Source of the DNA: an uncultured Gemmatimonadales bacterium
GTDB lineage: Bacteria > Gemmatimonadota > Gemmatimonadetes > Longimicrobiales > RSA9
Assembly: GCA_963798845.1 (NCBI GenBank)
Contig: CAWCUS010000006.1
Span: 704,001-768,000, forward strand
Length of the DNA stretch: 64,000 nt
Direction: 5' to 3'
Shown here in pieces: positions 8,615 through 18,039 of this stretch (position 1 is its first letter; each line of letters opens with the position of its first letter). Below the pieces are notes generated by a model. That model saw nothing but the letters and a program-made list of their open reading frames with translations, was not told the origin of the DNA and searched no databases. The position numbers and the translations under genes were made by a program.

Positions 8615-10039
8615 ATGATCCTGCGCACGTGGCGGGGCAGCACGTCGATCGAGGACGCGGAACGGTACCTGGAGTTTCTCCGTCGCGGGCCGGTCCTGGA
8701 GATGGAAGCTGCGCCCGGGAACCGCGGCGTGTGGGTTTCGCAGCGCGAAGGCGTGAACGTCGTGGAGTTCCTGGTGCTCAGCCTGTGGACGTCGGAGCAG
8801 GCGGTGACGGCGTTCGCGGGAGACGACCCGAAGCGGGCCGTCATCCTGCCGGAAGCCGAGGCGATGCTGGTGGAGAGGGACGAGACCGTCGACCATTTCG
8901 TGCTGGCGGCGGTCGGTGGGGGTACCGGCGCGGCGATGATAGCGGAGTCGCGCCGCCTGATCGGGGACGACTACCTGCCCAAGATCCGGCGCGCCCTGGA
9001 GCGGCTTCCGGCGGGCGACGTGTGGTGGCGGCCCAACGAGGCATCCAACAGCGTCGGCAATCTGCTCCTGCACATGGCCGGCAACATCCGGCAGTGGATC
9101 GTGAGCGGCGTGGGCGGGGAGCCGGACCGACGGCGTCGCCAGGAGGAGTTCGACGCTGCCGACGCCGGCGCCAAGGACGCGCTCATGGCCGCCCTGGAGT
9201 CTGCCGTGGCCGACGCGGACGCGGTGCTGGCGGGACTGGACCCGGCCCGTCTGGGCGACGGGATCCGGATCCAGGGTCACGAAACCACGGTCATGAGGGC
9301 GGTCTACCACGCCGTGGAGCACTTCTCCATGCATGCGGGGCAGATCCTGTGGATCGCGAAGTCGAGGGCGGGCCAAGGCCTGGGGCTGTACGAGACGGGG
9401 CCGGACGGACATCCGCGAGCGGCCTGGCGTAGGCCGGGACTCGTTGCGCCGAGCGGCAGGGCGACCTTGGCGGAAAGCACGGACAAGGAGCTGGAGCGGC
9501 TGCGCTACCCCATCGGGCGGTTCCGCCCGAAGGACGCCCTCTCGCCGGAGGAGCGGCTGGCGCTGATCGACGAGATCGAGGCGCTGCCGTCGGCCATGAG
9601 GGAAGCGGTATCCCCTCTGTCGCCGGCGGCGCTGGACTCGTCCTACCGGCCCGGCGGATGGACGCTGCGGCAGGTCGTCCACCACGTCCCGGACAGCCAC
9701 CTGAACGCCTACATCCGCTTCAAGCTGGCGTTGACGGAGGACGAGCCGACCATCAAGACATTCGAGGAAGCGGCCTGGGCGGAGCTCCCGGATGCGACCA
9801 CCGGCGACGTCGGGCCGTCGCTGGCCGTCCTGGACGGCCTCCACGCGCGCTGGGTTCGCCTGCTCCGCTCGATGGACACCGCCGACTTCCAGAGGGCCGT
9901 GGCGCACCCGGACGCCGGGCGGATCACGATGGACCGGCTGCTCCAGCTCTACGCGTGGCACGGCAGACACCACCTCGGGCACCTCGCGGCGGGGAGGGCG
10001 GGGAGAGTGGGGAGCGCATCGAGTCCGGCCGCCGGGTAG
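8615..10039 (+). CDS. Triple fusion: ABM-like domain + DinB/DUF1572 domain + YfiT/BstA thiol-transferase domain
   Basis: AGGAGG RBS; MILRTWRG...FLVLSLW...AFAG (ABM); WWRPNEASNSVGNLLLHMAGN...EHFSMHAGQI (DinB); LRYPIGRF...GWTLRQVVHHVPDSH...YAWHGRHH (YfiT). Confidence 0.85.
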   Translation: MILRTWRGSTSIEDAERYLEFLRRGPVLEMEAAPGNRGVWVSQREGVNVVEFLVLSLWTSEQAVTAFAGDDPKRAVILPEAEAMLVERDETVDHFVLAAVGGGTGAAMIAESRRLIGDDYLPKIRRALERLPAGDVWWRPNEASNSVGNLLLHMAGNIRQWIVSGVGGEPDRRRRQEEFDAADAGAKDALMAALESAVADADAVLAGLDPARLGDGIRIQGHETTVMRAVYHAVEHFSMHAGQILWIAKSRAGQGLGLYETGPDGHPRAAWRRPGLVAPSGRATLAESTDKELERLRYPIGRFRPKDALSPEERLALIDEIEALPSAMREAVSPLSPAALDSSYRPGGWTLRQVVHHVPDSHLNAYIRFKLALTEDEPTIKTFEEAAWAELPDATTGDVGPSLAVLDGLHARWVRLLRSMDTADFQRAVAHPDAGRITMDRLLQLYAWHGRHHLGHLAAGRAGRVGSASSPAAG

Positions 10040-10049
10040 CGGGCGCGCC

Positions 10050-10589
10050 GTGGCGGCGGCGTCGGACGCTCATCCGGACGGGGGAGTGGTGCTCCGGACC
10101 GAGCTTCGAGCGGGGGACCTGGGTCGCCTGGTCGGCCGTCAGGGCACGTTGTACGCGGCCGAGTACGGATGGAACGTCGGGTTCGAAGCATATGTCGCGG
10201 AGAGCGTCGCCCGGTTCGGGATCGAACGGGACCCGGTCAGGGAGCGGCTGTGGCAGGCGGAGCATGACGGCGAGCTGGTGGGCGCCATCGGGATCGTCGC
10301 CGGCGGAGAGGACACCGCGCAGCTGCGCTGGTTCTTCGTGGCCCCGTCGGAGAGGGGACATGGGCTGGGCCAGCGACTCCTTCAGGAAGCGCTGTCGTTC
10401 TGCCGTGGTGCGGGCTACCGGCGCGTTTTCCTGTGGACCACGAGCGACCTGACGACAGCCGCCCGCCTCTATGTGCGTGCCGGGTTCGAGCGCACGGAGC
10501 GCACGACGCACGAGCTCTGGGGTGCGCGCGTGACCGAGGAGCGATACGAACTCGTGCTGGAAGCGGACGGGCATGACACGGAGCGCTGA
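10050..10589 (+). CDS. GNAT family N-acetyltransferase
   Basis: GTLYAAEYGW...FEAYVA, AQLRWFFVAPSERGHGLG, VFLWT...AARLY...GF; start codon uncertain. Confidence 0.85.
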   Translation: MAAASDAHPDGGVVLRTELRAGDLGRLVGRQGTLYAAEYGWNVGFEAYVAESVARFGIERDPVRERLWQAEHDGELVGAIGIVAGGEDTAQLRWFFVAPSERGHGLGQRLLQEALSFCRGAGYRRVFLWTTSDLTTAARLYVRAGFERTERTTHELWGARVTEERYELVLEADGHDTER

Positions 10590-11220
10590 CATCGCGGCGC
10601 TCTACGACCGATGGTCCCCGAGCTACGACGAGGACGCGAACCGCACGCGTGATCTGGCCGGGGTGGTGCTGCGCCGGGAGCTGGACGGCGGAACGATCGG
10701 CAATGTGGTCGAGCTCGGGTGCGGTACCGGGCTGAACACGGCGTGGCTGGCGGGGCGCGCCCGAAGCGTGGTGGCGCTGGACTTCTCTGCCGGCATGCTG
10801 GATCGGGCGAGAGAGCGTGTGCCGGCGGGCGCCCGGTTCGTGTTGCACGACATCCGGACCCCGCTCCCCCTCGCCTCCGGGTCGGCCGACCTGCTGGTCA
10901 TCACGCTCGTTCTGGAGCACGTGGAGGCGCTGGAACCGGTGCTCGCCGAGTGCGCCCGTGTGCTGCGGCCGGGGGGCAGGCTGTTCGCCTGCGAGCTGCA
11001 CCCGCACCGCCAGCGGGAGGGTGGGCAGGCGCAGTTTTCCGAGCAAGCGGCCGGGCGGCGGATCCGCGTGCCGGCGTACCTCCACGAGCGGGTCGAGTAC
11101 GTGAACGCGGCAGTGGCCGCGGAGCTCCGGGTGGGGGGGGCGGGGGAATGGCGCGACGAGGCCGACGCGGCCGAGGGGCGGCCTCCCCGGCTGGTTTCCT
11201 TCCTCTTCGAGCGATCATGA
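10573..11220 (+). CDS. Class I SAM-dependent methyltransferase
   Basis: VVELGCGTG, ALDFSAGML, LVLEHV, RVLRPGG. Confidence 0.88.
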   Translation: MTRSADIAALYDRWSPSYDEDANRTRDLAGVVLRRELDGGTIGNVVELGCGTGLNTAWLAGRARSVVALDFSAGMLDRARERVPAGARFVLHDIRTPLPLASGSADLLVITLVLEHVEALEPVLAECARVLRPGGRLFACELHPHRQREGGQAQFSEQAAGRRIRVPAYLHERVEYVNAAVAAELRVGGAGEWRDEADAAEGRPPRLVSFLFERS

Positions 11221-11381
11221 GCGGCATGGATCCGACGGAAGCGGCGTCGACGGGGCGCATCGGCGCGACGTAATCGCGTTTGCGCCAGTCGCCGGCGCAC
11301 AGGTATCGTCGTGGCCCGGGAGCAGCGAACCGGCTGCGCCCGTGAAGCGACGGGTGAGACGGGTGAGACGGGAGGTGGAGC

Positions 11382-12194
11382 GTGATCCGCGTTTGCGTGG
11401 CGGGAGCGACCGGCTGGGTTGGACGCGCCTTGACGCCGGCGGTGGAGGCGGCGCCGGACATGGAGCTGGCCGGCGTCGTGTCCCGCTCGGCGGCGGGACG
11501 TCCGCTCGAAGAGGTGGTGTCGGGGTGCACCAGCGACCTGCTGGTGCGCGGCACCGTCGCGGAGGCGCTGAACGGAGGCGCCAATGTCCTCATCGAGTAC
11601 ACGGCACCCTCGGCGGCGAAGGCGCACGCGCTGGAAGCAATCGCACGCGGCGTGCACGTGGTCATCGGGACCTCGGGGCTCACCGACGAGGATTACGACG
11701 AAATCGACGGAGCCGCGAATGCGGCCGGCGTCGGCGTCCTGGCGGCGGGGAACTTCGCGGTGAGTGCGGTCCTGCTGCAGCGGTTCGCCGAGATGGCGGC
11801 GGGCCAGCTCCCCGCCTGGGAGGTGCTGGACTACGCGGACGACCGGAAACCGGATGCCCCGAGCGGCACCGTCCGGGAGCTCGTCCACCGGCTGTCGCTC
11901 ATCGGACGCCCCCGCCTCGCGGTGCCGGTGGAAGAGACGGAAGGGGAGCGGGCCGCGCGCGGAGCGACGATGGCGGGGATGCAGGTCCACTCGGTGCGCA
12001 TTCCAGGGATCGTGATCGGGGCGGAGGTCATCTTCGGACGGGAGGGCGAGCGGCTGTCGCTGCGCTACGATGGCGGGAGCAGCGCCGCGCCCTACGTGGA
12101 GGGGACGCTCCTGGCGACGAGGCACGTGGCGGAGCGCGTCGGGCTGAAGCGCGGCCTGGACGGACTGCTCACAGCGGAAGAGGGGACAGCGTGA
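11382..12194 (+). CDS. dapB: 4-hydroxy-tetrahydrodipicolinate reductase
   Basis: IRVCVAGATGWVG, VIGTSG, AGNFAV, KPDAPSGT, VHSVR; GGAGG RBS. Confidence 0.82.
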   Translation: MIRVCVAGATGWVGRALTPAVEAAPDMELAGVVSRSAAGRPLEEVVSGCTSDLLVRGTVAEALNGGANVLIEYTAPSAAKAHALEAIARGVHVVIGTSGLTDEDYDEIDGAANAAGVGVLAAGNFAVSAVLLQRFAEMAAGQLPAWEVLDYADDRKPDAPSGTVRELVHRLSLIGRPRLAVPVEETEGERAARGATMAGMQVHSVRIPGIVIGAEVIFGREGERLSLRYDGGSSAAPYVEGTLLATRHVAERVGLKRGLDGLLTAEEGTA

Positions 12195-12604
12195 CGGCGT
12201 CCGCGATGGAGGTCCTGGCTCGGAAGTTCATCCAGGTCTGGAGCGCGGGCCACATGGACCGGCTGGACGAGCTGGCCGCCCCGGACATCGTGGTGGACTA
12301 CGCCCATTTCCCAGAGCCGATCCACGGTGTGGAGGCGTTCCGGTCCGCGCTCGAGCAGACGTTCCATCACTTCCCGGACCTGGTCACCTCCGCCCGCACC
12401 GTCCTGGTGGACGGGCACGAGGCGGCGGTCGAGTGGACGTACGAAGGGACGCACACGCAGGGTGAGCTGTTCGGGGTGGCGCCGGCCGGCGCGCGCGTGA
12501 AGGTTCGGGGCATGACGCTTTACCGCGCCGAGAAGGGCCGGGTGGTGGAGGAGCGGGGAGTGGCAGACGTACTCTCGCTGATGGCGCAGGTCGGGGCGCT
12601 CTGA
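12191..12604 (+). CDS. SnoaL-like ester cyclase (NTF2 fold)
   Basis: LDELAAPD, FPDL, VEWTYEGTHTQGELFGVAPAG, GRVVEER. Confidence 0.85.
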   Translation: MTASAMEVLARKFIQVWSAGHMDRLDELAAPDIVVDYAHFPEPIHGVEAFRSALEQTFHHFPDLVTSARTVLVDGHEAAVEWTYEGTHTQGELFGVAPAGARVKVRGMTLYRAEKGRVVEERGVADVLSLMAQVGAL

Positions 12605-13083
12605 TGGTCTCGGGAGACGCGGGGCTCCTGTCGCACCGGGTGGTGCTCCTCGTGACGGTCTTCGTGCTCCTCGCCGGGGGCGCGGCGGTGGAGCGGCTAC
12701 ACGAGATCGGCGCGTGGCTGGGCTCGGGGATCCTGGAAGGCGGGAGCGTGCGCGCGTGGCTCTGCCGCCTGGTGGCCACCACCCTGTTCGTCACGCTCGT
12801 GGTGCGGTCCCTCGTCCACCTGTTGCGCACCGGCGTGCTGATCCGCCGCTGGCTGGGGCTGGCCGCGTGGGTGGCGGTGCCGGCAGTCCACTGGGGTGGT
12901 GCGGCCTGGTACGAGGTGATGCCGCTCGAAGCCCTCGTGAACGTACAGCTCGGACGCGGGCCGGACGCCGGTACGATCGGGGTCAGCCTCATCGGCCTCG
13001 CGCTGGTGCTGTTCCATTTCCAGTGGGTGTTCCGGCGACCCCCGAAGACGGGCGTGAGTCCCGGCGACCCCGCAGGTTCATGA
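12604..13083 (+). CDS. Hypothetical membrane protein (about 4 TM)
   Basis: TGATG overlap with the upstream gene; four hydrophobic stretches. Confidence 0.6.
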   Translation: MVSGDAGLLSHRVVLLVTVFVLLAGGAAVERLHEIGAWLGSGILEGGSVRAWLCRLVATTLFVTLVVRSLVHLLRTGVLIRRWLGLAAWVAVPAVHWGGAAWYEVMPLEALVNVQLGRGPDAGTIGVSLIGLALVLFHFQWVFRRPPKTGVSPGDPAGS

Positions 13084-13248
13084 CCTCCTCGCCGAGGTGT
13101 GCCTCCTCCGGTCGTCTGCATGGCGGGAGAAGGTAGCGGGGCGGAGACGGCGCAGGGGGAGCGACCCCATGGTGCCGGCCCGGAACGCGCGGGCCGGCGA
13201 GCCGACGTGGAGGTGCGGAATGGTGCCCGGCGGCACTATTGTGGGCGG

Positions 13249-13974
13249 ATGAGCGATTCCCTCCAACCCCGGCGCTATGACGAGCGAGAAGTCCGCCGCC
13301 TGCTGGAGCGGGCAGCCGAGCTGCAGGCGAGCGACGCGGCGGCGCCGGAGGCAGGCGGGCTTACGCTCCGGGAGCTCGAGTCGATTGCCGGAGAGGCGGG
13401 GCTGGACGCCACCCACCTGCGCAGGGCTGCGCTCGAGCTGGACACCGGCCCCGTTGGGACGCTCGGCACGCGGCTCATGGGCGCGCCAGCCCGGGTCCGG
13501 CTCGAGCGGGCGCTCCCATTCGACGCATCCGCCGAAGCGCTGACGTCCCTGGTCCCCGTCATCCAGGCTGCCGCCGACCTGCCGGGCCACGCCAGCCTGG
13601 TGGGCCGCTCGCTGACCTGGCAGGGACAGAGCCCGACCAACACCCGCACGCTTCAGATCATGGCGTTCGTGGCCGCGGGGGAGACCATCGTGCGCATCGA
13701 GGAGGGGTACGCCGGCCTGGCTGGTGGGCTGTTCGGCGGGCTCATAGGCGGCGTGGGCGGCGGTGTCGGGCTCGGCGTCGGCATCGGCGTCGGCGCGACG
13801 CTGGGCTCCGTCGTCATCGGGGTGGGAGTGCCACTGATCGCCTTCGGCGGCAGCTATCTGCTCGCTCGCGGCGGGTTCCGCTACGCGGTCGGGCGGCGCC
13901 GTGCAGTGCTGAGCACTCTCCTGGACCGGCTCGCTTCAGCGCTGGAAGAGCGCACCACGGCCGCTCCCGGCTGA
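13249..13974 (+). CDS. Hypothetical membrane protein with glycine-zipper-like TM pair
   Basis: RRYDEREVRRLLERAAELQ...GLTLRELESIAGEAGLD N-terminus; C-terminal GGLFGGLIGGVGGGVGLGVGIGVG; TATTGT 6 nt before ATG suggests a leaderless start. Confidence 0.75.
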   Translation: MSDSLQPRRYDEREVRRLLERAAELQASDAAAPEAGGLTLRELESIAGEAGLDATHLRRAALELDTGPVGTLGTRLMGAPARVRLERALPFDASAEALTSLVPVIQAAADLPGHASLVGRSLTWQGQSPTNTRTLQIMAFVAAGETIVRIEEGYAGLAGGLFGGLIGGVGGGVGLGVGIGVGATLGSVVIGVGVPLIAFGGSYLLARGGFRYAVGRRRAVLSTLLDRLASALEERTTAAPG

Positions 13975-14057
13975 TCGGATCGGAAGGGGTCGTCGGGGCG
14001 AGCAACTTTCGGAATCCGGGTGACGGCGGCACGTTTCCGTCTGACCCTGACAGCGAG

Positions 14058-14936
14058 GTGACGGTGACACGCGAAGCGCCGTATACGGACCCGATTGAAA
14101 CCCGACTGGAAGTGTGGGCGCGCAGCGACCCGCGCATCCGGGCCGCGCTGCTGGTGGGCTCGCGGGCGACGCCGCAGGGCGCGCTTGACCACCACTCGGA
14201 CTACGACGTGGTCCTGTTCCTCGGTTCCGGCTCGCGGCACGCGGAGGAAGATGGCTGGATCGAGTCGTTCGGGCGGCCGCTGATCGTGCTGCGCGAGTGG
14301 ACGGAGCACCGCGGCGAGCGCGTGCCCACGCGCCTGGTGCAGTACCGGGGCGGACACCGGATCGACTTCACGCTCTCGCGGGTGGACCTGTTGCACCGCA
14401 TCGCCGAGCAGGTGAACCTCCCGGACTGGCTCGGGAACGGCTACCGCATCCTCCTCGATCGGGACGGCGACGCGACGCGCCTGCCACCTCCCACGGGCAG
14501 CGCCTACATCCCGCGCCAGCCGCGGGCGTCGGAGTTCGAGGATGTGGTGAACGAGTTCTGGTGGGAGAGCTACTACGTCGGGAAGTACCTCGACCGGGGG
14601 GAGCTGCTACCCGCGCGCTACAGCGCGGAGTGCGTGATGAGGTACCGGTGCCTGATTCCCATGCTGGAGTGGTACGTGCAGCTTGGACGGGGATGGGAAC
14701 AGCCCGTGGGCGTGCGCGGGCGAGGGTTGCGGTGGCTGCTCGACCCGTCCGACCGGGAGCTCCTCGACGGAAGCTACGGGGGCCAGACGCTCGCTGAGGG
14801 GCGGGAGGGGCTGTTCTCGATGCTGTCGCTCTTCCGCAAGGCGTCCCGGGCCGTGGCGCGGGACTGCGGCTACGAGTATCCGGAAGCGCTGGACCGGGAG
14901 CTCGAGGGCCTGCTCCGCGGGAAGGGTGGGGAATAG
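14058..14936 (+). CDS. Aminoglycoside 6-adenylyltransferase family (AadK/AadE-like)
   Basis: RAALLVGSRA...DHHSDYDV nucleotidyltransferase motif, RLVQYRGGHRIDFTL, ILLDRDG, NEFWWESYYVGKYLDRGEL. Confidence 0.85.
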   Translation: MTVTREAPYTDPIETRLEVWARSDPRIRAALLVGSRATPQGALDHHSDYDVVLFLGSGSRHAEEDGWIESFGRPLIVLREWTEHRGERVPTRLVQYRGGHRIDFTLSRVDLLHRIAEQVNLPDWLGNGYRILLDRDGDATRLPPPTGSAYIPRQPRASEFEDVVNEFWWESYYVGKYLDRGELLPARYSAECVMRYRCLIPMLEWYVQLGRGWEQPVGVRGRGLRWLLDPSDRELLDGSYGGQTLAEGREGLFSMLSLFRKASRAVARDCGYEYPEALDRELEGLLRGKGGE

Positions 14937-14937
14937 G

Positions 14938-15312
14938 ATGCCGGGGCGTACGAAGGAGGCGATCGACGTGGCACGGGAACTGTCGCGGATTCCCGGCCAC
15001 TGGTCCCCGCGCATCGCCGCGGCGGTCAACGACACGCACGTGAAGCTGGCCCGGCTGCTCGGCGAGTTCGACTGGCATCGGCACGCGGACGAGGACGAGC
15101 TGTTCCTCGTGATGAAGGGGCGGCTCCTGCTCCAGTTCCGGGACCGCGACGTGTGGGTGGAAGAGGGAGAGATGGTGCTCGTCCCGCGCGGGGAAGAGCA
15201 CCGGCCCGTGGCGCCCGAGGAATGCCACGTGCTGCTGGTGGAGCCTCGTGGGACGCGGAACACCGGGACCGAAGTAACGGAACGAACCGTGGCGGTGCCG
15301 GAGTGGATCTAG
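14938..15312 (+). CDS. Cupin domain protein
   Basis: [37 protein letters not shown]. Confidence 0.9.
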   Translation: MPGRTKEAIDVARELSRIPGHWSPRIAAAVNDTHVKLARLLGEFDWHRHADEDELFLVMKGRLLLQFRDRDVWVEEGEMVLVPRGEEHRPVAPEECHVLLVEPRGTRNTGTEVTERTVAVPEWI

Positions 15313-15338
15313 ATCGAACGAGCGCGGAGCTGTGCGGC

Positions 15339-15764
15339 ATGACGGAAGAGCCGGAGAAGGTGCGGAAGAGCGAGAAAGAGTGGCGGTCGTCCCTGACGCC
15401 GGAGCAGTACGGCGTGGCGAGGCAGGGCGGGACGGAGCCGGCGTTCACGGGCGAGTACTGGGACAACAAGGATCCCGGGACGTATCGCTGCGTGGCCTGC
15501 GGCGAGCCGCTGTTCAGCTCCAGGACCAAGTACGAATCAGGAACGGGATGGCCGAGCTTCTACGAGCCGCTGTCGGAGGAGCGGGTGGCGACCCGGGAGG
15601 ATCGAAGCCACGGCATGCGCCGCACCGAGGTCCGGTGCGCGCGCTGTGAGTCGCACCTGGGGCACGTCTTCCCCGACGGCCCTCGTCCGACGGGGCTGCG
15701 CTATTGCCTGAACTCCGCGTCGCTGCGCTTCGAGCCGCAAGAGGACGACCCGCAGGGCGGATGA
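15339..15764 (+). CDS. msrB: Peptide-methionine (R)-S-oxide reductase
   Basis: LTPEQY...[44 protein letters not shown]. Confidence 0.96.
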   Translation: MTEEPEKVRKSEKEWRSSLTPEQYGVARQGGTEPAFTGEYWDNKDPGTYRCVACGEPLFSSRTKYESGTGWPSFYEPLSEERVATREDRSHGMRRTEVRCARCESHLGHVFPDGPRPTGLRYCLNSASLRFEPQEDDPQGG

Positions 15765-15774
15765 GCTCCAGGCC

Positions 15775-18039
15775 ATGAGCTTCGATACACCCGTGGCGGG
15801 CGACGAAGCCCTCGACCTGCTCCGCCGCAGCGACAAGCACTATCTCGGCGCGGGGGACGGCACGCTCTTCGCCCCCCCGCATCCGCTCTGGCTGGACGTC
15901 CCGGGCTTCTGGGACGAGGGGCAGGTCTACCTCCACCGGATGGCGCCGCTCTTCACCTTCTCGCTGGTGGACGACGGCGGGCTGGAGCGACCGCTGCGGC
16001 TCGTGGAGCGGGCGTGGTCGCCCCATGGCATGGCGGCCATCTACAGGGACGCCGAAGTGGAGGTGGTGGAGCGGCGCTCAGTCCGGCCGGGGGGCCGGTT
16101 CGTGAGCGAGCTGGATGTGTTCTCGGCGGTGCGCGCCGGCGGCTGGGTGGTGGTGTGGACGGCGCAGGAGGGCGACGCGGTCCCCGACCGTGCATCGCTC
16201 GACGCGGGGCCCGGCGGCATCCGCTTCACCCGCCGGGCGCGCGATGCGCAGGGGCGCGGAGGGCCGCTGGAGCTGGAGTGCGTCCTGGAGCTGGAGGACG
16301 CGTCCGGGTGGGCGGTGCACGAGTCGCAGATCATGCCCGACTATCCCAACCTCCCGCGCTGGGACGTGACGCCGTTCGCCGATCGTTGGGACGGCGGCGA
16401 GATCGGTCTCGGGGGCTCGACCGTGGCGCCGGCGCCGGCGGAGAAGGGGCGGACGCTCCTGTACATGGGGGTGGCAAAGCGGGTCGAGCTGAACGCCCGC
16501 GGCGTGGGCCGCGTGCGGGCCGGAATCACCGTGCGCCCGACGCTGCCGGGGCTGCGTAACGAGGCCATGGCGCGCCGCACCCCGGAGCTGCCCCGGCCGT
16601 CGGCGGCCGTGGAGTCGCGGGACGAGTGGATCCAGTTCTTCGAGCGCGCGCCATCGCTGCGCTGCTCCGACCCCTGGCTGGCCCGCTATTTCGCTTATCG
16701 GTGGTACGGCCTCCGCCTCAATTTCCTCGATGCCGCGGGCAACTACCGGCGGCCGACCTGCGCCGAGGGGACCGACTACTTCCATTGTGCCATCAGCTAC
16801 AGCGCATGGTGTCACGCCCGCGAGCTGCGCTGGCTGCCGGACGCGGCGCGGGCGCGCGGCACTGTGGAAACGTTCCTGGACCACCAGCGCGAGGACGGGT
16901 CACTTCCCGGTCGCGTGTACCTGAACCACATGGAGCGCACCGACTTCTACATCGCCGACTGGGGTGGCGCGCTCACCGCGCTGGACGAGGTGCTCCCCGG
17001 CGGCGCCACGCTGTCGGCAATGTACGAGCCGCTGCGGCGGTACGCCGAGTGGCTCGACCGGGACCGAGATCCGAACGCCACCGGGCTCTACGACGCGCGC
17101 GATCCGTACGAGACGGGGCAGGAGTTCATGAGCCGCTACACGGCGGTGGACCCGGAGGCCGACCATCAGCATTTCGACTTCCGGCTTCGCCTCAAGGGAG
17201 TGGACGTCACCGTGTACTCCTACAGGCTGCGCCGCGCCCTGGCCGGCGCAGCTCGCCGGCTCGGGCGAGGGGAGGAGGCGGCGGCGCACGACGCGGTGGC
17301 GGAGCGGATCCGGACGGCGGTGCGCCAGCGGATGTGGGACCCGGAAACGGAGATGTTCTCGGACCTGGATGGCCACGGGACCCGGCGCACGGGCGTGAAG
17401 GCGGCCGTGTGCTTCTACCCCTACATGACCGACCTGGCGGGGGCGGAGCACGTGCCCGGGCTCACCCGAAACCTCTTCGATCCGGCGACGTTCTGGACGC
17501 CGTACCCGGTGCCCAGCACGGCCGCGGACGACCCCACGTTCAGCGCCGACGCGGAGTGGGCGGGCGTGCGGCGAAGCTGCACGTGGAACGGCCGCGTCTG
17601 GCCCATGACGAACTCGCACGTGGTGGAGGCGGTGGCTGCCGCATCGGAGCACGATGCCGACCTGCGTCCGCGCGCAGCCGACCTGCTCCAGCGCTACATC
17701 CGCATGCTCTTCTTCAACGGCGACCCGGCCCGCCCCAACTGCTTCGAGCACTATTCGCCGGTCACGGGACGTGCGGCGGTGTACCGGGGCATCGACGACT
17801 ATCAGCACTCGTGGATCAACGACCTGGTCATCCGCTTCGTAGCGGGGTTCCGTCCCGCGGGTGAGCGGGCGGTGGTGGATCCGTTCCCGGGCGGACCGGA
17901 AGAGCTGCGTCTCGACCGGCTGCCGTGGCGCGGCCACGAAGTCGGCGTCGCGATCACCGGAGGCCGGTTCCGCGTGACCGTGGACGGACGGGTTGCCGGC
18001 GGCGGTGTGGTCGGCGACCGCATCGAGGTGGAGGCGTGA
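15775..18039 (+). CDS. Glycoside hydrolase, (alpha/alpha)6 barrel (GH63/MGH1-like or trehalase-like)
   Basis: WCHARELRW, YETGQE, MWDPETEMFSD, FWTPYPVPS, WNGRVWPMTN, FEHYSPVTG, YQHSW; no signal peptide. Confidence 0.8.
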   Translation: MSFDTPVAGDEALDLLRRSDKHYLGAGDGTLFAPPHPLWLDVPGFWDEGQVYLHRMAPLFTFSLVDDGGLERPLRLVERAWSPHGMAAIYRDAEVEVVERRSVRPGGRFVSELDVFSAVRAGGWVVVWTAQEGDAVPDRASLDAGPGGIRFTRRARDAQGRGGPLELECVLELEDASGWAVHESQIMPDYPNLPRWDVTPFADRWDGGEIGLGGSTVAPAPAEKGRTLLYMGVAKRVELNARGVGRVRAGITVRPTLPGLRNEAMARRTPELPRPSAAVESRDEWIQFFERAPSLRCSDPWLARYFAYRWYGLRLNFLDAAGNYRRPTCAEGTDYFHCAISYSAWCHARELRWLPDAARARGTVETFLDHQREDGSLPGRVYLNHMERTDFYIADWGGALTALDEVLPGGATLSAMYEPLRRYAEWLDRDRDPNATGLYDARDPYETGQEFMSRYTAVDPEADHQHFDFRLRLKGVDVTVYSYRLRRALAGAARRLGRGEEAAAHDAVAERIRTAVRQRMWDPETEMFSDLDGHGTRRTGVKAAVCFYPYMTDLAGAEHVPGLTRNLFDPATFWTPYPVPSTAADDPTFSADAEWAGVRRSCTWNGRVWPMTNSHVVEAVAAASEHDADLRPRAADLLQRYIRMLFFNGDPARPNCFEHYSPVTGRAAVYRGIDDYQHSWINDLVIRFVAGFRPAGERAVVDPFPGGPEELRLDRLPWRGHEVGVAITGGRFRVTVDGRVAGGGVVGDRIEVEA

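Noticed and set aside
11217..11380. 18-aa ORF, lysine riboswitch or attenuator upstream of dapB
   Set aside because: No Lys codons, riboswitch consensus or terminator; only a short GACGGGTGA tandem repeat next to the RBS.
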